Origin: Neophaeotheca triangularis
Taxonomy: Eukaryota
Direction of reading: 5' to 3'
DNA length: 64,000 nt
Assembly: GCA_054600435.1 (NCBI GenBank)
Contig: BAAIJX010000013.1
Span: 372,001 to 436,000 of the forward strand
The position numbers and the translations under genes were made by a program. How positions within the stretch are numbered: the stretch's first letter is position 1; every line of letters starts with the position of its first letter. A model generated the notes under the pieces. That model was not told the DNA's origin. It did not search any database and saw only the letters and a list, made by a program, of their open reading frames with translations. Shown here piece after piece: positions 1 through 11,972 of this stretch.

Positions 1-382
1 TCTTTCTTTTCAACCACCTGTGACCGGTTGGGCGGCCCTTCAGTCAGTCTTTCTTTACTTGCCGTTTCACGAGAGGCCGCCGTTATGTCCTCGGCCAATC
101 ATCTCTCCACCAGGCCAGCTTCCGGCATCCCCGCCAAGTCTTCTCGCGTGCGTCGCTACAGCCAATCCAAGGTTTGCAAAACACTAGCGCTTTCCTTATA
201 CACCACTCTAGTTACTCTACACGTGCATAAATGATGTACAAGGTTCTATTCCCTTACCTACCTACCTAGGTAGGTACCACATACAATTGCAATGCCACAC
301 CGCGAACATGGACGGGTCGACCTAATTCTCCAACAAGAATCCCTACTTTTACCCTAACCCCACCAACAACAACCCCTCCTCT

Positions 383-3300
383 CTACCCCCTCAACTCAAC
401 CCCCCTCACCAACTCCCCACCCAAAACCCCAATCTCACTCAAAACAGCCTCCCGATTAACCTCCGCCTCCGCCTCCACCTCAGTCCCCTCCGCCTCCTCC
501 TTCCCCTTCAAAACAGGCCTAGTATTGAAAGCCAGATTAACCTTCCACCCCCTCCTCCTCTGAACCCCCGGCATCCACAACCCCGCCAGCACAGCCCTCT
601 CCCCACCCCCAGAAAAGAAAAGCACAGACTGTCCATACAAAACCTCCAATTCGCTCAAAAAAGCAGCCGCCGGGTCGAATCCCAGCAGTTTCGAGTCCAC
701 GGTGGCTTCCATATCTAGGTTCTTGAAGGCTTGCTTTTTCGCTGCGGTTTTCTTTCCCCCCGCGACGGCGGTGGGGTTGAGGTGGATTGTGAAGTCGAAA
801 TCGCTGAGGGGCGAGTTGAAGAGCGCTTCCGGCTGCAAGTGCAGGGCTTGGGCTTCGATTTCGCTGCATGCGGCGCGAGCGAGTGCGCTCATCCGGCCTG
901 CCACGACCGGCGCAGGCGTGCTGTTGTCTGTCCACGTGGCGCCGGAGGTGTCGACCGAGGACGCTGCGAAGATTGCTAGACGGTTTAGGGCTGGGTCGAC
1001 GGAGCGCCAGGCTTCGAAGTTGGTGCGGATTGTTTGTACCGTGCTAGGTGTGAGGTTGTCGCTGCCCGTCGGGCTTAAGTTTACGATTAGGGGTGCTGTG
1101 CGCCAATCCCAGCGGGCCAGAAAGGCGAGGGTACGGAGGAAAGCTATTTGAGGCGTGGCTGGGGCAGAGTAGGGCCAGGGTTGGGTGAATGTTTGAGCTG
1201 CGAGGAGCTCGATCAAGGCCGGGGCGAAGTGGTTTTGCAGGAGGTGAGAGGCGAACCATTTCTTGAGTAGGCGGATGCTGCCACTTAGGGCTTGGTGGTG
1301 GTTGCAAAGGCGTGCCAGCGCTTGGGTATGGGCGGGTGCCGCAATATAGCCGCGTTTGTAGGCTGCCAGACCCGTGGCTGCCAGTTCTTTGGAGCGCGGG
1401 TCGATGGTGGGGGATTTGACTTGGCGCTCGAGTAGAGTCTGCTCGCGTTCATGATGGATACGGAGACGGAAGGAAGCACTCTCTGAGTATGTGATGTCGA
1501 GGTAAGCCTGGTTGAGAATGTCGCGATCTTCGTTCTCAAGACCAATTCGCGATTCTATCTCATTATTAGCTTCATGGAGAAGCTCGCTGGTCTTAAGTAA
1601 GAAAGCAATCTTTGTGCGCTGAATAGCTTGAAGATCGTCTGGCCAGCGCCCCGAGCCTTCGAACTGAATCACGCAGTTTGCCGGCATGCGAGGCTGCTTT
1701 CCAGGGCTACCTGGTGGAGCAACCGAGGAATAGCATAGTTGCGAATCCGCCGGACTAATCTGCCGAACCGTCAGGGGCATCCCATCCAAACCACGAATGT
1801 CGCTTTCGAGTTTCTTGAACGCTTCCATGATTGGCTGGTATGGTGCCGTGCCGTGCGGCTGACGGAGAAGGTTTGCAAAATTGTTTCCAGAGAAAGTGGC
1901 CTTGGTAGCTGGCTCGGTGCCGAAATGGCGCCAAAGCACGTAGCGCACAACTTGCTCTAGCACTGTGTGCTCGCCTTCACCCGCCCAGATGAGGGATTCG
2001 TGGATGCTGCCGTCCTTGAAGCGGCGTAGCTCAGCTTTCTCACCCCAAAACTGTCGGAAAGAGGCAGCTTCGGCCTTGCTATCCGCTGAAGGCCCATGAT
2101 CTACTGTACGGGAGACATTTTCTGGGTTCACAGCGAAGCCAACGGTGATGACGGCGTCGGAGCTCGACGCAGGCTTTGCAGCATTGACAGGCCATGACTT
2201 GACTGCCGGTGGCTGAATGCTGACTAGGGTTGTCCGATCGCCGAGACCCCTTTTCAACACTTCGTACAGCTTTGCATGGGCATCCTCCGAGCTTTTTTGG
2301 CTCTTTTGAACAGCAGAAAGCGCAGGGAGCTGCATAACGGTATCGTATCGATAATACACATGGTCAATGCGACGAATGAAGGTCGATTCGAAGCCGTCGA
2401 AAAGCTGATCGTTGAGCATCTTCAACGTACTCTGAGCTTCGTGTCGCAAGAGCCTGTACGAGGAAGGCGTCATCTTGAAGAGCAGGTTGTGCTGTCTTGC
2501 GCCATCCCAAACTATAGGAAAGCCATCACCGAGGGGCTTGATGGTGCTTTCTTCGCCCCCAACGATAAAAGCCTGCTTGCTCAAATCTTTCGAAGCCAGT
2601 AACTGAAGGTTTGCTTTGAACAGCTGGTAGCTACTATAGCCTTCGCTCAGCATCGGTTTGCCACCAGGTCCACCACTTTGCAATAGTATCGCGATCAGGG
2701 CCGACCACTCAAAGTTGCCGAAGCCGCCGGTGGGGATATTGGCGCCAAACCCCCGTTGACGAAGCCATGTACTTCCCAGTAAGCAGACGTCCCGGAATGC
2801 TGAACAGCTGTTTGCTGTAGCATGCAGTAACTTGAGGTAGGACGCGACTAGCATGTCGGAGCGCAGTGATGCGTTGTAGCGAGGTGTTGGAGACTGATCT
2901 TCTGCGCTCTGGTCGCTTTCTCGAACACAATTCTTGTGCGGTTGTAGCTTTTCGGGGCTAAAGACGTCTGAGCCAACCGATAGTATGATGTTGATCTGCC
3001 ACTTGGGCGCAGGCTTCGAGTCTTTGCCTTTCTTGGGCTCGACAGGCCTGGCTATAAGGATAGGACGCAGTGAGTCGTCATGCAACAGTCCGTACTCAAC
3101 CGCAATACCTTTCTGCGATGACTTTAGACCAGCTGCCAGAGAGCCCAAGTAGTAGGCTCGCTTGTAGAAGTAGCGAAGATTGAGGTAGTCCTTCTCTTGG
3201 AATAGCGAAGACGGCATAGTCACAACCATGTCTGCCTCGACAACGGGTTTTGTTCTACTGCTCGTATTCAGAATGTAGCTCCCTGCTACGTTGATATTGG

Positions 3301-3871
3301 CAGGCTTCGCATAGGCCAGCTTGTACTTGGCATCTTTCGGCGGGCGCGGTTGAGGAAAAGGCGTCACCACCTTCTCCTTCAACAGTGCTCGCTCTGCATC
3401 CTCGACAGGCAATGGCTCTCTGGCAGGGATCTGCCCAATTGCGGTTCGCAAGCTATGCAAAGCTTCGTCAATAGCAGCTTCTTTGGCACCATGCTTCGGC
3501 CTTATTTGCTCTAGAAGCTCATCGACCTGCAGCTTGAACGCATTACTCTTGAAGTTACCCCCAGTGTACGCTCCTCCTGTTTCCGGTTTGCGCGGCTGTG
3601 TTTTGGGTGCGATCTTTTGCGATTGCGCCGCATGCCTCACAGGAGCATCTTCCACATCCTCAGCGCCTGCCTCGTCATCCATACTCTCGTCGTAAGGTTC
3701 TTCCTCGTTATCGTTGCCAAAACGATCGTCTTCCTCTTCCTCTGAGCTCTGGCCAGCGCCGTCTACAGCATCCTGCCCACTGTCGCCGAACGACGCAAAT
3801 GAACCCTCGTCCGACTCTTCGTCAGAGGTCACGTGCTCTGTCTTTCGCTTCTTTTGCGCCGGTAAAGCCAT
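383..3871 (-). CDS. UTP22: U3 snoRNA-associated protein 22 (Nrap family), rRNA processing
   Basis: Intronless ORF from ATG 3871 (MALPAQKKRK, acidic N-terminus). Nrap motifs FQEKDYLNLRYFYKRAYYL, FWGEKAELRRFKDGSI, FEGSGRWPDDL. Confidence 0.93.
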   Translation of the reverse strand: MALPAQKKRKTEHVTSDEESDEGSFASFGDSGQDAVDGAGQSSEEEEDDRFGNDNEEEPYDESMDDEAGAEDVEDAPVRHAAQSQKIAPKTQPRKPETGGAYTGGNFKSNAFKLQVDELLEQIRPKHGAKEAAIDEALHSLRTAIGQIPAREPLPVEDAERALLKEKVVTPFPQPRPPKDAKYKLAYAKPANINVAGSYILNTSSRTKPVVEADMVVTMPSSLFQEKDYLNLRYFYKRAYYLGSLAAGLKSSQKGIAVEYGLLHDDSLRPILIARPVEPKKGKDSKPAPKWQINIILSVGSDVFSPEKLQPHKNCVRESDQSAEDQSPTPRYNASLRSDMLVASYLKLLHATANSCSAFRDVCLLGSTWLRQRGFGANIPTGGFGNFEWSALIAILLQSGGPGGKPMLSEGYSSYQLFKANLQLLASKDLSKQAFIVGGEESTIKPLGDGFPIVWDGARQHNLLFKMTPSSYRLLRHEAQSTLKMLNDQLFDGFESTFIRRIDHVYYRYDTVMQLPALSAVQKSQKSSEDAHAKLYEVLKRGLGDRTTLVSIQPPAVKSWPVNAAKPASSSDAVITVGFAVNPENVSRTVDHGPSADSKAEAASFRQFWGEKAELRRFKDGSIHESLIWAGEGEHTVLEQVVRYVLWRHFGTEPATKATFSGNNFANLLRQPHGTAPYQPIMEAFKKLESDIRGLDGMPLTVRQISPADSQLCYSSVAPPGSPGKQPRMPANCVIQFEGSGRWPDDLQAIQRTKIAFLLKTSELLHEANNEIESRIGLENEDRDILNQAYLDITYSESASFRLRIHHEREQTLLERQVKSPTIDPRSKELAATGLAAYKRGYIAAPAHTQALARLCNHHQALSGSIRLLKKWFASHLLQNHFAPALIELLAAQTFTQPWPYSAPATPQIAFLRTLAFLARWDWRTAPLIVNLSPTGSDNLTPSTVQTIRTNFEAWRSVDPALNRLAIFAASSVDTSGATWTDNSTPAPVVAGRMSALARAACSEIEAQALHLQPEALFNSPLSDFDFTIHLNPTAVAGGKKTAAKKQAFKNLDMEATVDSKLLGFDPAAAFLSELEVLYGQSVLFFSGGGERAVLAGLWMPGVQRRRGWKVNLAFNTRPVLKGKEEAEGTEVEAEAEVNREAVLSEIGVLGGELVRGVELRG

Positions 3872-4219
3872 GTTTGGTGTGTGTGAGAGAGTAGGAAGTG
3901 CAAAAGGAAGCAAGTCGGATCAAACTTCATCTGAACTTTTGTCAGGCCAAGCTTTGTGGCTGCCACGCGGGGTGCAGGGTTCATCGCTCACCGTGAAGAT
4001 GACCCGGGCCGAGATTCGACTACATCCGATCTCGGAATCGAGCATTTTCCCTCTAAACATCATCGCAGTCATTACCTTATTATTGCCGCCGTCGAGCGTC
4101 CCCGGTTGAGTCAATACAATATCTCGTCCTGAACACGTGGAACCTTGATCGATCAGGGGATATATCAACGCCCTGCGTGAAGTTGCAACTCGTCTCCTCG
4201 TTGCCATCTTCAATTCGAC

Positions 4220-6162
4220 ATGCTACCCTTCAACGAAACCCTCGGGGAAACAATACCCTCAGATACGCCACACGTGCGTTCGTCTCCTCCTGGGGCACGG
4301 GTCGGATATCTACTGACATCTCTATAGGCTGTCAGTGTCTCTCTCCCAACATGGGAAGCCAATGTCGGCTACGAGGAGGGCAAGGACTGGGTCGTCAGCA
4401 AGATGCAGACCGGCTACCCAAGGTACGTCACGATAATCTAGGCAACAGACGACAAGGTGTTAAATTGATCCCATTCAGATTCTTCATTCATAAATCGATC
4501 AAAAGACTTGCCGCCTCTATCGTAGAGAAACACAGCTCGCCCTCCACTACCAACGCCATGCTCTTCCCCACTCCCCGATGTGCAGCACGATGCCATGATT
4601 TCTTATGCAGTCAGAACAGCGATCTAAGCAAGGACGCCGTCAGAGTTTTGGAATTCGTGCCGCATCCCGAGAAGCTGACTACTGATCCTGCTAAACATGT
4701 AGTTCCCCGAGTCTGCGCTGTGCTCTATCCCAGGGAGTTCTGGCCGACGGCCAAAGTATTCTGGCAACACACTGGTGAGGGTATCTCCAGCAGACGGGCT
4801 GAGTTCTGCGAGAAAGCTTTCGACGAGGGCACAATGGTGGAGAAATCCTCTCTGCGCCAATCGCCACCTCGCTTAGCCAAGGGCCCACGGCGGTACCAGC
4901 GGCCAATGTCTGTTGATATTGGAGGGACTAATGGCGTAGATAGCGCCTCCCAAAGTAACGGCAATGGCGATGCCACTCCAACCGGAGAGCGTACAGATGA
5001 AAGCACCCAATTCGTTGAAGAGCGTTTCGGCCGCAACATGAGCGTAGCTTTCGCAGCACAAGCCAAACTGGCCATCCGCAAACGCATCGCCGGCTTCTTG
5101 ACAGCAGACGAAGACCTCCCGCAATCCCTCGAGCAACCAACCGACACCTCACACGAGCGCACGAAAGACGTCCCCGGCTTCTCCGTTGAAGACGTCTACC
5201 TCCACGCCAGCGGCATGAACGCCATCTTCACCTCCCACCGCATCCTCCGTCTCGCCCGTGGCGAGCTCAAAAGCATCATGTACGGCTTCCCCTACGTCGA
5301 CACGTTGAAAATCCTTGAGAAATTCGGCGCCGGCGCCCACTTCTACGGCCACGGCAACGCCGCCGACCTCGAAGACCTCGAAACCCGCCTTGAAAACGGC
5401 GAACGATTCCTGGCCCTCTACTGCGAATTCCCAGGCAACCCACTCCTCCGCACCTCTGACCTCAAGCGCATCCGCCAGCTCGCCGACAAATTCGACTTCG
5501 CCGTCGTCGTGGACGAAACCATCGGCAACTTCCTCAACATCCACGTCCTCCCCTACGCCGACATTGTCGTCAGCAGCCTAACAAAACTCTTCTCAGGCGA
5601 CAGCAACGTCATGGGCGGCAGCTTGATCCTCAACCCCGAATCCCACTACTACAGCGCCCTGAAAACCGTCCTGGCCCAAGAGTACGAGGACCTGCAATTC
5701 GAAGAGGACTCGCTATACCTCGAGCGCAACAGCCGCGACTTCGTCAGCCGCATCTCCCGCATCAACGCCAACGCCGAGACCATTGCCGAAACGCTAATCG
5801 CCCACCCGCGCGTCAAGCAAGTCTACTACCCCAAGTACGGCGACACGCGCGCCTTCTACGACGACTGCCGGCTCCCGAATGGAGGTTACGGCGGGCTTTT
5901 GAGCGCGACTTTCTACTCCATTGAGGACGCGGCTGTCTTTTATGATAATTTGGATACGCAGAAGGGGCCGAGTTTGGGCACGAATTTCACGCTGAGCTCG
6001 CCTTTTGTGATCTTGGCTCACTATACTGAGCTTGATTGGGCGGCGCAGTTTGGCGTCGAGGCGAGCTTGGTTAGGTTTAGTGTGGGGTTGGAGGAAAACC
6101 AGGCTTTGAAGGCGGTTTTTGAGAGGGCACTGGAAGCTATCCCTCAGCCCAAGGTTGAATGA
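4220..6162 (+). CDS. STR2: Cystathionine gamma-synthase (STR2/met-7 type, PLP enzyme)
   Basis: Two short 5' introns (4274-4327 and ~4423-4478) give ..[28 protein letters not shown]. Motifs [24 protein letters not shown] (PLP Lys), [10 protein letters not shown]. Confidence 0.92.
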
Positions 6163-6354
6163 AGATCTGGAGCAGGTGGCTTTTGGGAAGAAGCTCATTA
6201 CGAATGGAGAGGCTGCATTGCGCTGGGATTCTTGGGCATTGCGGGGGTTCAAAAGTTTCATGTGCCCCTTGCGGGCCTCGTTAACGTGATATGTAGTATG
6301 ACACTTTATGTTACAATTGCAGAGACGAAGGGCTCAGTCCTCCTCGTGGTGGCA

Positions 6355-9300
6355 CTAAGCTTGGGTACTCCCAAACGGTAGCGAAGTCTGCCCGCGCTCT
6401 GGGTCGCTCATCCTGTTCATAATGTTAGCAGAAACTCTGCGAAGCACATCCGGCCAAAAGCAGCTTTCCGGAAAAGAGAGGAGAGAACTCACCTGTAAAC
6501 TCGCACGTCATCGTGGCTATCCACGCTCCCCAGCCCTTGCGGCGAGATAAGGATAAACTGCCGTCCCACACTTCTCCTCGCAGCCTTAATCATCATATCC
6601 ATACTCGTCGCGCGATTCACGCTGTCCATAAAAACATCGAACTCATCTAGACAGCGGATGGGACTTCCCATGGCTTCCCAGATACTCAGCAGCAAGCAAA
6701 TGGTCGAGAAAGACTTCTCACCCCCACTGAGTGTCCTGGCTTCCCGACCTTGCGCGTCGGATCGAGTGAAATCTGGCTGTACACTGATGTCGAGTTCATG
6801 TGTGTCGTGGTCCATAAGAACTTCACCACGGAAGTTGCGCTCGCTGAGAAGGTAGGTGAACGTGATGCAAGCGCGAGCGGCGATGTACTTGCGGAAGAGC
6901 TTCCAACGGCTCTTACGGGTTGCGAGAGCCTTGCCGAGAATCTGAGGGAATTGTGTTAGCAATCACGGAGTGCGTAAGAGCGCGGAGAGATTCGAAGACT
7001 TACTCTTCTGGTGTCATTCAAAGTTTTCAGTTGGCTGGCCGCTTGCTCGTACTCGACCGTCGCTTTCTCCCAGGCTGCATGGACCTCTTCTCGTGTTCCA
7101 CCGGCTTGTCGTTGGGCTTTCTCCTGGTCAGCATACAACCGGGTGAGTCTCTGATCAAGAGCCTCGGTAGTTAGACCCTGCTCGATGGTAACTCGACGGC
7201 ATATCAACTCGGCGCTGGGGATGAACTCTTTCTCCAGTCGTTCCCTAGCCTCATTCACCCGCTCCTCCAGTTCCGAGAGCTGCCTCTTTGCAAGATCAAT
7301 ATCGTTGAGTGCAGCATTTTTGTGACGAAGCGCGTCTTGTCTGGCTTGTTCGAGGCGAGTGATCTTTCCCTCGATCTTGTTAAGTCGTTGCTTTCCGGCA
7401 TCAAGCTCTGCTTGCGCAGCGTCGAGCCGAGCCTTATTCTCGGTCTGCTCGTCGTTGATACCTTGCTTGCTTACGACAACGTCCTGGTACGAGCTAGCAT
7501 GGTTTGCGTGCTCATCCTTGGCTTCCTGAAGCTGCGATTGAAGTTCTTGCAGTCTACCATCTTGAGGGCGAAGACTATCGATCTCGTTTTGCAATGCCTC
7601 AACGGCATCTTCCGCCCTTTGCAGGGCAGTCCGCAACTCTATTGTCCTTCGACCGTGGCGTTGCAGTTCTTGGTCGGCCCTGTTGGCTTCGTTTTGAAGA
7701 GAACGCAAACTTTGCTCGGCTGCGTCGAGTTCTTGCTTGGCGTGGTCGATTCGCTGTTGTTGCAGCGCCGTCTGTGCCTCAATGTCCGTCTTCATTCGGC
7801 AACGGCCTCTGAAAGCGGTAACAGGGCCCGTTGTGCCAGCCCCAGTTCGAGAGAAGCCATTGCGAATGCCGCCTTCGCCCCTCGCATCATGCGCAATCGT
7901 AGCTTTGACGTTCATCGGCTTGCGCCCGCTCTCAGGGTTCATGAAGTCGTGAGCATCTTGTTGCATGGGTATCAAGGCAGTCTGGTCGATCAGGTTTTGA
8001 ACAATCAGGTTGTTACGGACGGCGTCGTTGTCGATTTCCAGAACGCGCAGTATGGTATCGACTCCTTCCTCGGGTTCGTTCCGGCTAGTGTCGATGCGGT
8101 TTGGATTACCTATGAAAATTGGGCATTGACAACCCACACGTTTCATGACCTGAGAGAGCAGATTTTGGTCTTCTTTCTGCGTGCAAATGAAGCCCTCCAT
8201 GCCTCCACCGATTATCTTTTCAACGACGCCAGTCCACTCTGGCTTCTTAATTCGGATGTGCAGCCCCATTGGTCCTACAGGCTTGCTTCGCCATCGGGTT
8301 TCATTGTTGATTGCTTTGATGAGGCTACTCATCCCTTGACGATAGCCGGCCAGTTGTTGGCCTCTATCTCTGCGTAGGGAATCCATTTGGGACTGCGCGG
8401 TCCTCTCGGCATCCCTCAAAGGAGGCAGAGCACGCCGAGCTTGCTCTGCTTCGTGTTGGGCATCATTGCGTTTCTTCTCCAGGGCGGCATATTCGCTTGA
8501 GTGCTCGTCTCTCGACTGCTGAGCCTGAACCACCTCTTCACGTAGTTGCTCGAGCCGTTGAAGGCGCTGAGTATGTTCATTACCCTCAGCACCAGCCAGA
8601 CGCTGCGTCTCCTCAGCAATGTCACCCTCGAGCTTCTTTATCGTCTTCCGACTCTGCGTCATGTGCTCTTTGATCTGCCGTTCTTGTGTATGGGTGTCCA
8701 TCAGCTCAGTCTTCTTCTCGTCGAATCTCGATTTCTCGACATCTCTATTCTCTTCCAGATGTGCGAGATCTCCCCTGCCCTGCTCGACATTGCGTTGAGC
8801 CGCTTCGTAGGCTTGGTTATGGCCCTCGTAAGTGCCAGAAGCAGTCTCGGCGGCATCGGTGACCTCTTGGACTTTGGCTTGTTGAGCATCGACAGCTTCC
8901 TGGAAACTATCGACATGTTGTTCTTGCTCTTCCACTTGTGCCCACGCGTGCATGTGCATCGTCTTCTCGACCTTCTCCGAGATGGCCTTTATCCGGTCGA
9001 TCCTCTTCCTCCGTTGCTCGGCCTCCTGTGCCTTGTGCTTGAGAACCTCGACATCTCCTTCCCGGCTTTGAAGCTTGTACTGCATACTGTCGTACTGATC
9101 CTCCATAATCTTGTAATCATTGTCGAGAGCCTCGAGCTGCGTGCCCTTGATGAAGAACTTGTACTTATCCGCGGGACTGCTGTTCGAAAGGAACTGACGA
9201 GCCATATCCTGTGTCAAGACGTTGATGGGGTTGTCGAGCTGAAATGCGAAGAAATCCAAAATGTCATCTAGATCCGCCTTCTTCGTCGAAATGATACGGT

Positions 9301-10055
9301 CTTCGGCATTCTTCAACTTGAAGCCAGAGGTACCGGCGCTCGTGAAATTGCGCTCGACGGTGATGCTCTGTCCGTAGAGATCCGGCTTGTACGCTCCATC
9401 ACCCTGGTTCTTGATCTTCACAGCCAGCGTAGCACTGTCGCAGCCCTCCTTGATCAAGCTCTTCAGACTGCCTCCTCGGTTCGTAGCCGTCGCCTTGCCT
9501 CCCAAGCACATGGTCAACGCCGTTAGTACCGCACTCTTCCCGCTGCCATTGTGTCCGACGACGAAGTTGATCAGCGGGCCGAGCTTGATGCGCAGTTTCG
9601 AATGACACATGAAGTTGCGGCAATAAACCTCCTCAATAATGCCCTCTTTAGCCGCAACATTCTCTTGAAACTGTCGCATCTGCTTCTCCACGATCTGGGC
9701 AGCCCGCTTCATATCAAGAGCCTCATCTTCTGCTTCGGGCTCTTCCTCTTCCATGTCATCGTCCTCACTGACGCCATTCTCGGCTGGGATTGCTCCAGAC
9801 GCCCGGTCGTAAGAGCCTCGGTATCCGTTTGCTCTCACTTCAGGCTCGTCGTCGTCGTCAGACACTACCGAGCCACCTTGCTCTTGAGCGACTGTTAGGC
9901 GGTTTCGCTTGGGCTGTAGCGAGTTAGTAGGGTCGTAACTTGCAAACGATCGCATCACTTACTTGGGACTGGCGGAAGCTGGAACTCGCACTTTCGACCT
10001 CAAGCTCTGCGCTTCCATCGTCGTCGTCGGGCCGTAACCTCTTCCGCGAAGCCAT
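6355..10055 (-). CDS. SMC6: Structural maintenance of chromosomes protein 6 (Rad18/Smc6)
   Basis: Walker A GHNGSGKS, coiled coils and hinge, LSGGEKSF signature, CLDEFDVFMD Walker B. Introns 9914-9962, 6942-7003, 6413-6492; C-terminus RMSDPERGQTSLPFGSTQA*. Confidence 0.95.
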
Positions 10056-10142
10056 GTCGAGATCGTTGTGGTCTGCGGGTGAGGGTGTCTCAAGTGGCCT
10101 GGCCGGCCAAGGAGGGGTGAAGTCAGCCTTGGAAATGTTAGG

Positions 10143-10210
10143 ACGCGTCGGAGGCAGTCGCGTTACCAACGCGAGATAACCTTATCTCGCGATTAGATAT
10201 CCCGCGATTA
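10143..10210. promoter_or_regulatory. MCB-like (ACGCGT/CGCG) cluster upstream of SMC6
   Basis: ACGCGT at 10143-10148, further TCGCGT/ACGCGA, and a direct repeat CGCGATTAGAT, all 90-150 bp upstream of the SMC6 ATG. Confidence 0.35.
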
Positions 10211-10630
10211 GATCAGATATGTCTGCCTGAACTTTGGGGCATCAGTCACAAGCTCCGAAAATGAACCACCAAAATGTCTTCGGACGTAGCGCACGCAGAA
10301 TAGCAAAGGTGCTAAAAGGGGCACAAGGGTAGGAATGCACACAGTGTGGTCAAATTCAAAGCTAAAACGCTCTTGGAGCTGCTTCGCATATAAATCGAAG
10401 CAATGGTGACGGAAATTAATTGGATCGCAAAGGGAGCACCAAATTGGGCTCTTTCACACTTTGGGGTATTGGTCACTATCTTGCTTCGAAGAGCACTGTA
10501 GTCGTTCCCACCCCGAATTGCGGCTCACACTGGCCGATTCAACCACCAACGCCATGCTATGCCTTCTACCGTAAAACAATCATCAATATTGGCATCGAAG
10601 CAGTCAATGAACACATAACCCGCAACACGC

Positions 10631-11567
10631 TCAAGCCGGCTGCTCGTAAGCACGCTTGACAATCCTCGAGAACTGCCCGAACTTGACGTCTTCCCTGACG
10701 ACCTGGCCCTTGGCCTCGTTCTCCTTGTTCAGCGGCACCTTGACGGTGTTGCCTTCGATCTTCCAGCCGCACACCTCCTTGACAAAGTGGTCGAAGTCGC
10801 CGCTGCTAACGTTCAACCAGCCCTCCAACAGGTCCCGGCTGACTTCTTGCATGCATTGACTCACAACCACGGCGATGCGGATTCTCATCAATTCCTCGAA
10901 ACCTTGCACGTCTGCTATTAGGTCGGCGTACAGGTCGTCGGAGTTGAGAGTATCCCAGAAAGCTGCGTAGTCGGCGTTGCTGACTTGAGAGTTGAGAAGA
11001 GAGAGGTGTTGGACCGCTTCTGCAAGCGAGCCAGATGAGGGTGGTGTCTGGGTGTTCTTGGAGCTGAGGAGTACGTAAGGTGGGAGAAGTGCGAGACACA
11101 GGCTGAAGTCTGGCGCAGGGAAGACTGTGAGGGCTTTGACGAGGATGTTGGTAATGGTTTCGTCACGTGCGAGGTGAGGGTTGAATTGGTAGCTAGGAGA
11201 GCAGCAGGGTCAGCTGGTTGCTCAACACATGATCTTGTGCGTTTTGAGTGTAGAGCAAGAGAATTTTTCAGATAGAGCTAATATTTATTCGCTTTCATGC
11301 AGGCAGGGCCTGTCAGGTAATAGGAAACGTTGTGGTAGTTTATTCATCATTGAAGATATCGCGAGTGACGCTTGACACGAATAAGTGATATACGTACAGT
11401 TTGAGGAGGGCGAGGTTCGCGTAGCAGTCATATGTCTGGGTCTCGCATTGCTGCGCAACGTATTCTTGGAAGATGCCAGTGGTCTCTGGATTGTACCTGT
11501 CCAAGCCGTTGAGGATGGTGTCGATGTTCTCCGGCCTGTCCGGGCAGTAATCGAAGGCGTTGACCAT
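10631..11567 (-). CDS. eIF3k: Eukaryotic translation initiation factor 3 subunit K
   Basis: Exon 1 [28 protein letters not shown] joins across intron 11193-11397 to [24 protein letters not shown]; ends [13 protein letters not shown]. Confidence 0.93.
11264..11354 (-). ncRNA. Intronic box C/D snoRNA (18S and 25S rRNA guides)
   Basis: Inside the 205-nt eIF3k intron: C box ATGATGA (11350-11344), D' CTGA (11316-11313), D CTGA (11271-11268). Antisense elements TATTAGCTCTA and ACGTTTCCTATTA match conserved rRNA segments. Confidence 0.85.
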
Positions 11568-11972
11568 AATTACGATGATGTGTGAAGGTCTAAGGGGGTG
11601 TTGGCGAGTGAGACTTGACGGGCGCGAGTCGAAGAAAGGAGTTTGGTTGAGGACGTGGTGAAGTCGCAAAGTTGAAAGCGGCCTTACCTTCGATTGTGGG
11701 CAAAATCTTCTTGGCATCCCAAGGCTGAGGGTTTGGGTTTCCAGTTGGTTTGCGGGTGGGTCTTGTTGAACGTCACTTCACTCGCCTCATCACCACGACA
11801 TGCCAGGTTTCGTTCCGATAACAACATTGTCGGATACAGTCGCAAGGTCTTTTTGATCGATAGCAAACGCTTTCGGAATCGTATATATTTCCCCAGGCTG
11901 AATTCAACCCGTTCCCGCAGAAACATCAACTCCAACATATAAACCGGACGACAAGCCCACAACTTTCTCACC

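Noticed and set aside
1..240. Partial gene at the window start
   Set aside because: No recognisable reading frame or motif on either strand.
4177..4478. N-terminal extension of the 661-aa ORF, and similar upstream non-ATG starts at 3913, 16486, 18678, 51394 and 57403
   Set aside because: Artefacts of non-ATG starts and unspliced introns; the conserved N-termini begin at the ATGs listed under features.
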